A DNA stretch of 64,000 bases from Octopus vulgaris (lineage: Eukaryota), in contig OX597814.1 of the NCBI GenBank assembly GCA_951406725.2, forward strand, positions 218,674,001 through 218,738,000. The letters are read 5' to 3'. This document shows positions 56,394 to 64,000 of the stretch, one piece after another (within the stretch, counting starts at the first letter, position 1; every line of letters begins with the position of its first letter). The translations under genes and the position numbers were made by a program. The notes beneath the pieces were generated by a model. That model searched no databases and was not told where the DNA came from. It was given only the letters and a program-made list of their open reading frames with translations.

Positions 56394-56534
56394 TAAGGTT
56401 GTCCCAAAAGTTCGTAGAAAGTCTTGGAAAATAATGGTCTTTATTTTGAGGAATAATTTTTGTTGCTTTTGTTAGTACTTGGCGAGTAAAAATTCAATTT
56501 TCGCAAGTGTTTACGAACTTTTGGGACAACCTAA
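56394..56534. mobile_element. Mariner-type MITE, 141 bp
   Basis: TIRs T(a)AGGTTGTCCCAAAAGTTCGTA / TACGAACTTTTGGGACAACCTAA with TA flanks. Confidence 0.85.
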
Positions 56535-56849
56535 TATTTATAACTGGTTTATGTACCAAATGGGAATTTATGCTAAAATTATATTTTAAAAGAATTTCAA
56601 GAAGTTCAATGGAAGTATGAAAGAAATGTTGAAAGATCATTCGCATTCCTATTTTGTTTCATAAAAATTCACTCGGTTGGGTATACAGGGGATAAAGGTC
56701 GTCAGTGAAAAAAATAAGCATTTAAGAATAAAATAACACGGATAAAGAATGAAAGGGGGAATTACCTAGGGGTGCCTTCTGAGTAAAATTGATTTGCTCT
56801 CCACACAATTGCTGGCCTTGTGCAAAAATTTGAAACTATTGTTAAGCTA

Positions 56850-57400
56850 GTGGCGCGTTGGCAGAATTGTTAACACACTAGGCAAAATGCTTTGTGGCAT
56901 TTCGTCTGTCTTTACGTTCTGAGTTCAGATTCACAAGGCCGACTTAACCTTATATCCTTTCTAGGATCGATAAAAGGAGGACCCTTTGAGCACTGAGATT
57001 GGTGGAATCGATTTAACCTTCTCGTAAAGGAAGAGGTTTTATACTAAAATTAGAAAGAATTGTTAACTAGGCGTGTCGGTGGTGAGCTGGCAGAATCGGT
57101 AGCGTGTCAGAGAAAATGCTTGATGGCATGTCTTCCATATTTTTACGTTCTAAGTTCAAATGTGAGTGTGTGTATGTGTGTGGCTGTGTGTGAGTGTGCG
57201 CACGCGCGTGCTTAGTGGGTGGGTGCGCTGTTCCAGATATAAGAGCTGGGAACGCATATGAGACATCAGTCAATATATATTGTAGTCAGTAAGTTCAAAT
57301 GCCGCCGAGGTCGACTTTGCCTTTCATCCTTTCAGAGTCGATAAAATTATGTAGAAATTGAGCTCTGGAATTGATGTAATCGACTTTCCCCACCCCCACT
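56850..57400 (+). mobile_element. Two degenerate SINE C copies, the second interrupted
   Basis: Heads at ~56852 and ~57080; insert 57163-57289 flanked by TAAGTTCAAATG. Confidence 0.8.
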
Positions 57401-57733
57401 CCAAGAGTTTCAGGATTATTAAGTGAGGGCTTGGGACATAAATTGACATGGAATTCTGATGGAAGATTTTAACTTAGAACACTTTAAAACAAAAAGTTTG
57501 TCATAGAACCAGAGGCAGTTTCAGATGGGTCGGTATCAACAGGGTTAATGAGCCATTTCTCTGAACGTCTGCATATAATTGGCCCCCAAAACACATCTAG
57601 TGTACCTACTCGTTATACTGACTATAATATATTGACTGATATCTCATATGAGTTCCTGGCTCTTTTATCTGGAACAGTGCACCCACTAAGCACGCGCGCG
57701 CGCACGCACGCACACACACTCACGCACACACAC

Positions 57734-57797
<64 letters not shown>

Positions 57798-58269
57798 ACG
57801 TGCGAGCCGGACCACATCCATAAAAATGCCATTTGCCTGATAGGCAAATTCTCACTTACTAACACTCAACAATTAAACTGTGACCTCTCATTGCTTTTTC
57901 TTCCATTTAAAGGTCACTAGTGTTGTTGACTCAGTGTCTATTCTGACTAATTACAGAAAAAAAAACTCTAGTCATATTCATCTGAAAAGAAGCTTATATA
58001 GGCATGTACGCGTGTGACACATACCACACACACACACACACATACACTCACACACATACACAGACATATATACATGCATGTATATATATGTATATGTGTG
58101 ATTGTTTCTATGTATATATGTATCCATGGATAGATACACACTCACACACTATATATCATATATATATATACATATACATATACATACATATATGTGTGTA
58201 TGTGTACGTGTGTCGGTATATATATGCGTATACATACCATGCATACATATATACAAATACATATACATA

Positions 58270-58337
<68 letters not shown>

Positions 58338-58581
58338 AGATAAGAAAATGGAAAAATACATCTAAATCAAATATCAATTACCAGATAATACTCAATCACA
58401 TACTTTATTAAACCACCACATAAGAGACTGTAGGGTTAAACATAAAAAGCAGAACAAATCAGTGTACATAAAGGAATGTACATAAAAAAGTGTACATAAA
58501 AGAGTAATGTTGTATAATAAGTAGAATATATATATAAAAAAGAGAATATAAATATAAGTAAATATAAATATAAGTATAGAT

Positions 58582-58714
58582 TACATCTTACAGCTGTTTC
58601 GGCCATGTAGATAAGTATGTCTCATTTTACCAATATTAGCCTTTTATGGTAGGTCAATATATAGATATAAATGAGACATTTACAAAAATATCATAAGGCC
58701 TCTTCGGAGATATA
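58582..58714 (-). ncRNA. Type I hammerhead-ribozyme-like motif with extended stem II
   Basis: Minus strand TATATCT-CCGAAGA-GGCC...GGCC-GAAA-CAGCTG-TA-AGATGTA; core has C where canonical CUGANGA has U. Confidence 0.65.
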
Positions 58715-58881
58715 TATATACATATGAGTGCATATACTCACACTCCTATACATATAAAAATATACATATACATAATGATGTAAGTAAATAATATAAATTA
58801 GTAAACATATATATGTTCCATATTCAACGTTTCAGTTTTTCAACTTAATATTTTGATAATAAACATACACATATTAGTACC

Positions 58882-59058
58882 TAGATGCAAATACACATAG
58901 TCAATAGTACATTATATTACTTCCTACTAATTTCCAAAGTGTCATTAAAGTTAGCATCATTATCGTTGTCAGATGCAAATATACATGGTCAATAGTACAT
59001 TATATTACTTCCTACTAATTTCCAAAGTGTCATTAAAGTTAGCATCATTATCGTTGTC
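58882..59058. repeat. ~89-bp tandem duplication
   Basis: AGATGCAAATA...CATCATTATCGTTGTC twice with about 2 differences. Confidence 0.92.
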
Positions 59059-59639
59059 AATACCATTAATGCTACCATTATTATCATTCATAATATTATT
59101 AATAACGCTTACATTAGGATCCAAAGTGGTACATATGTATGTCCGGGTTCCAGTTAGTAATTTTCCTTATGACATAAATACACTATTGGATTTGAATTTA
59201 AATTATCATTGTCTTCCTCACGGTTGGTTCGCCGAGAGCCGCCCGACCTCCACCACACCGCACAAGAAAAACATATGCATCCACATCTAACCCTAAACCC
59301 ACACGTCCACATAAAAACCCACACACACATGCACACACACATGAATACACCCCGACACATCCACACACATTCACTAGATTGCAGAGTGTATGTCTGTCAT
59401 CGCATGGCTTATAGACAAATCAGTACAGGCAGCAGTGTCTATACACTAACACATACACTCACACTCACATCCGCATATACTCATAAATATTAATACACTT
59501 TCATATACTGTATCAGGGAACATTCGCACACACATATATACATATTTAAATATATATCTGCGCACTCATACGTACAAAAAAAACCTATACTTATATCCAC
59601 CCATGAATAAATATTTGCATATACATATATACATATCCA

Positions 59640-59800
59640 ATAAACAAAATACGAAGATAGGTGAAGAAACAACAAGCAGGTGTATTAGTTTGACGCTCGG
59701 GAAGAATGGAAAGGTCTTTGACGTTTCGAGTCTACGCTCTTCGACAGAAAGATTGAGAGGTAAAAAAAAAAACGGAGAGAAAAAAACGTGTAGGGATTAA
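59640..59800 (-). mobile_element. Penelope-like pseudo-LTR fragment with minimal hammerhead-like motif
   Basis: Minus strand CTTT-CTGTCGAA-GAG-CGTAGA-CTC-GAAA-CG-TC-AAAG at 59716-59751; second copy near 13.5 kb. Confidence 0.6.
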
Positions 59801-59849
59801 AGGTTCAGCATGATGAACTATATATATATATATGTATATGTATGTGTAT

Positions 59850-59914
<65 letters not shown>

Positions 59915-60441
59915 CGAAAATGCCCTAATGCAATACCAAGCAGTGGCTCTCATGGCCTCTAATCTTAACTAATAGGAAGTGTCAACATGCATATGGCTTG
60001 TCTTGGCGTAAAAGATGAGTTACAGTAAATATTCTACTCAAAACCACAGATTTGCTTGTCAGTTGCTTGACCATAAGCAGTTGAGAGTGTCCCTTAGTAG
60101 CTGACGATATGTTCATCTCTGATCACGAGCAGGAGCATGTATTAAGAGGAAGTTTAAGGGTTTGTATAATTCACTCTTGGAAACATATGTGTTGCATTCA
60201 TAATACTTAAACAACCCTTATTCAGGGAAATTTTTGCGCTGACTACTCGAGCTAAAGAAAATTCTAGTAGGGCCGCACCTACAAGGTCATACGCTGTTTC
60301 TCTTGATATGAGGTCACTATGTAGTGCACATATGGTTGTGATGCATGTACCTGATGTACCTTTATCAGACGAGTAGTTATGATAGATATATCGGGTTTCG
60401 TATATTTGTAACTTTGCTGGTGCGTGCTCCTCTCTCAATCG

Positions 60442-60454
60442 TTATAATAATAAT

Positions 60455-60539
<85 letters not shown>

Positions 60540-60606
60540 TGGGTATATTGGGCTTCGTATATTTTACCCCAGTGTCACTTTGATGGCATGAACTGCTCTC
60601 TCACTC

Positions 60607-60683
<77 letters not shown>

Positions 60684-61010
60684 TCGTAGGAGCACTAGGA
60701 ATGATCAAGAAGGGAACCGAAAATTATATGAGAATGATCCCTGGCTTACCATCCCTGCAGGAAGTGCAAAAGATTGTCTTAACTGGTACATCACACGTAT
60801 TGAGAAGAGCATTGTCGATGTGAGAACTGTTGCTGCTCATGTATTTTAATTTAACTTAAAAAAAAAAAATTTTAAATGAACGAACTACTGAGTTTGGTTT
60901 AATGGCCTACCAATGTATACTATGAGTTTCTTTGCCCTAGGAGTCGGGAAGACACTCGGCAAGAAATGGAAGCAAATTTGAAAGAAGAAAAAAAAAAGTA
61001 ATAATAATGA
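60442..61010 (+). mobile_element. (TAA)n array with two stacked 5'-truncated 3' ends (Dong-like)
   Basis: Short insert 60540-60607 between TAA tracts; 60683-60822 reads IVGALGMIKKG...EVQKIVLTGTSHVLRRALSM*, then 3' UTR and TAA. Confidence 0.82.
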
Positions 61011-61034
61011 TGATGATGACGACGACGACGACGA

Positions 61035-62414
61035 TGATGTAAGATATAAACTCTTTGAACAGTGTAGTATCAATGCTTGTCAGGAAAAGAAATGAAAAAC
61101 TTAAGAAAGAATGGAAATTCGAAAAAGTTAGGAGGAAGTATGGTGTAGATACAAAATTCTTGAATGTTGTAATTGAAGAACTGAAGCAGCGCATCCATGC
61201 AAAAAAAGCAAAGCTGATGGTGTACAGGGATTTTGGAAAATAATGTTCAGTAGTTACCATAAATTGATCGCAGAGCAATTTAATGCATTTATCAATGGAG
61301 AAGAAGAAATCCCGGACTGGTCGACAAAAGGACGAACGGTGTTGTGCCTGAAGGATGCATCAAAGGGAAATGCTGCTGACAATTACAGACCAATTTCCTG
61401 CCTCTCGTTAATGTGTAAGTTACTGTCAGGAGGAATTGCAGAAGAACTATATAAATTTCTTGATGAGAGCGATATATTGCCGACAGAGCAAAAAGGCTGT
61501 AGAAGGGAGATGCAGAGGAACCAAAGATCAACTATTGATAGACAAAATGGTAATGCAAGATTGTAAACAAAGGAAAACAAATCTGGAAATGGTCTGGATC
61601 GACTATCGCAAAGCTTATGATATGATTCCACATCCGATGATCATCGCGTGCTTAGATCTGTTTGGAATTGCGAGGAATTTAATGTGTTTCCTGAAGAGAA
61701 GTGTGGTGGGGTGGAAAACTGAACTGACGTCTTACGGAAAAAGCTTGCACACCCTGGATATCAGAAGAGGGACTTCCCAGGGTGATAGCTTATCTCCGTT
61801 GCTGTTCTCTGCATGATACCTCTGACCTTAGTACTTAGGAAAATGAACCTAGGGCATCAACTAAAGGAAAATCCCAAACCATCAACCACCTCTTCTTCGT
61901 GGATTAATGGAAACTGGATGGCAAAGATGAGACACAAGTGAATTCCTTGGTGAACACGGTCCACTGTTTTTGTACTAGTATTAGAATGGAATTTAGACTC
62001 AAAAGTGCGGAATAATCTACCTAAAGAGAGGCAAGTTGCAGTCCCTAGCAGGGGTAAAATTACCGATTAGAGACTTGAATAAACAAGTTGAATTCCAAAA
62101 TTCACTGAAAGGACAAACCCACAAACTACAGACCCATAACATATGTCCCTACAACTTACAAAGCCTTAACTGCAAAAATATTGTAGAGAATGGGCAAACA
62201 TATAGAAGAAAACAACTTGTTTCCAGAAGAGCAGAAGGGATGCTGCAAAGGACCACATGGCTGTAAAGATCAGTTATTGATCAATAAGCCATAACTGAAG
62301 ACAGCTGGAAGGAAAAGAAGGGTCTTGGATCGATTAGCGAAAGGCTTTTGACATTATTCCCCACAGGTGGATCCTGGAAACACTAGCCATGAACAGGGTA
62401 GCACTAACTATAAT
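61035..62414 (+). mobile_element. Decayed R4/Dong-like RT fragments (two overlapping-domain pieces)
   Basis: ORF 61243..61566 NYRPISCL...PTEQKGCRR; ORF 61436..61816 DQLLID...WIDYRKAYDMIPH...QGDSLSPLLF; second piece from ~62100 repeats PEEQKGC...KDQLLI...KAFDIIPH. Confidence 0.85.
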
Positions 62415-62456
62415 AAGGCTTTGGTCGGTCCGAGGCTGTAATAGAAGACACTTGAC

Positions 62457-62501
62457 CATCCTTGCACAGGGGCCATGCTAATTTTCTCTGTATCGTTCCA
62501 A
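62457..62501 (-). pseudogene. U6: U6 snRNA fragment (ACAGAGA box, AGC triad, ISL)
   Basis: Minus strand TTGGAACGATACAGAGAAaATTAGCATGGCCCCTGtGCAAGGATG; two differences from the recalled conserved U6 sequence; both ends missing. Confidence 0.92.
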
Positions 62502-62560
<59 letters not shown>

Positions 62561-62571
62561 TAATAATAATA

Positions 62572-62639
<68 letters not shown>

Positions 62640-62640
62640 T
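62502..62640. repeat. (AAT)n switching to (ATT)n, forming a perfect-type inverted repeat
   Basis: Polarity flips at ~62572. Confidence 0.95.
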
Positions 62641-63400
62641 CGTAACACAGTGTAAGTAAAAATGCATTGGAGTCTTTGGTCATCTGTCAAGTCACAACAA
62701 GGACCTCAGATAGATAATACTTTCCTTAAGATGTGCGCTGTGCCCAATAAGGCTGCTTTTTGCAAGACATGAATCTTGCATGGGATTTCCTGTTGCCTTA
62801 AGAAGTTTTTAAGTTTCAATGGTATCACTTTTACCTTACCCTCTCGCATTCCATACAGTCTTGCCATTTCCACTTTCAATTCGGAGTACTTGGTGATTTT
62901 TTTCAACCTCTTTACTCACAACATTGTTGTCATTTGGTATGGCTACATTAATTATCTTTCAGTATTTGTCTCTCTTATTCAATATGACAATATCCGGCCG
63001 ACGGTGTTCGATTATGCGATCCGTCTGAAAATCATAGTCCCAGAGTATCGTTACTTTTCCATCCTCCTGCATAACTTTACTTGGTTCATGCTCACAGCAG
63101 TTCTCTGTTATTTATGGCATAAGAGCCAATGAAGATACACACACACTTTATCATGGCGGCGCTTGTATTCTTTTTGAGCAAGGTTCTCACATCCACTTAC
63201 CAAGTGGATCGTATTTTCCACACTCTTTCTACAGAGTCTGCATATCTGAGTGTCAGAAGTTTTATAGATGTTACACTTCACTGAATTTTTAGTGAGAGCC
63301 TGTTCTTGTGCAGTAATGATCAGGCTTTCGGTGGTACGCTTCAAATCACCTCGCTCAAGCCATGCCCATGATACTGTATTATCTTTAACGTCTTGTGTAC

Positions 63401-63481
<81 letters not shown>

Positions 63482-63530
63482 CATTATTATTATTATCATC
63501 ATCATCATTATCATTATTAATATTATTAAT
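62641..63530 (-). mobile_element. R4/Dong-like RLE LINE 3' fragment between TAA-type arrays
   Basis: ORF 63108..63344 TAQEQAL...CRLCRKSVENTIHLVSGC...KRRHDKV; ORF 62706..62906 LQKAALLGTAHILRKVL. Confidence 0.9.
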
Positions 63531-64000
63531 ATTATCATAAAAATTACAATAAGAAGAGTAACGATATTAAACACAACGGCAACATGACACGTGATAATAA
63601 GGATTGTAATTGTAGAAAACTCAATTATTGCCCTTTGTATGGTCATTGCTTGCGATATAATGTCATTTATAAGTGCATTGTTTTTATTAGATATCAAAAT
63701 TCAACCAAAATATATATAGCATTTATTTATTCTAAGAGACGCACATGTTAGTTCGTTCTCTAATATTAAGCGCAAATCTATTTCACCGGCAAATTATAGC
63801 CATCATCTCAAAGCTACTAATATTTCCTATAACCTTTTCGGATCTGTCCTTAGGTCGGGGAGAACTCACCAAGCTGGTTGTACAGCATGCAATTTGTACA
63901 GCAGTGAATCTCTCGATATTACGTGAGAATAAAGATTTTCTCCTCAACAGTGTCACATAATAACATTCTGCCAGCATAGATGTTTTAAAACATTTCCCTT

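Noticed and set aside
62457-62501. Functional U6 gene
   Set aside because: Lacks the 5' stem-loop, 3' end, oligo-T terminator and upstream promoter; upstream is a TAT repeat.

Overview
Repeat-saturated, gene-poor eukaryotic DNA. The microsatellite style and tRNA-derived SINE families suggest an octopod cephalopod (inference, no database search). I found no intact host protein-coding gene: all long ORFs in the track are translations of (ATGT)n, (CA)n, (GA)n or (TAA)n repeats. The window holds four tRNA-head SINE families (here A-D, many with target-site duplications, TSDs), three non-autonomous Helitrons, a Helentron/HINE-like foldback, four MITEs, three solo LTRs with 4-bp TSDs, a decayed Penelope-like element, and fossils of R4/Dong-like, RTE and pogo/Tigger elements. 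Most interesting: (i) head-to-tail SINE-C concatemers that reuse the same tail-to-hairpin-loop junction at three loci, suggesting a circular or multimeric RNA template; (ii) hammerhead-like motifs with variant cores, one with a ~100-nt stem II; (iii) a U6 snRNA fragment fused to a SINE body; (iv) solo LTRs carrying NRF1/ETS/YY1-like motifs; (v) a locally templated inverted insertion with TSD. Coordinates were counted by eye; edges of degenerate elements are approximate.
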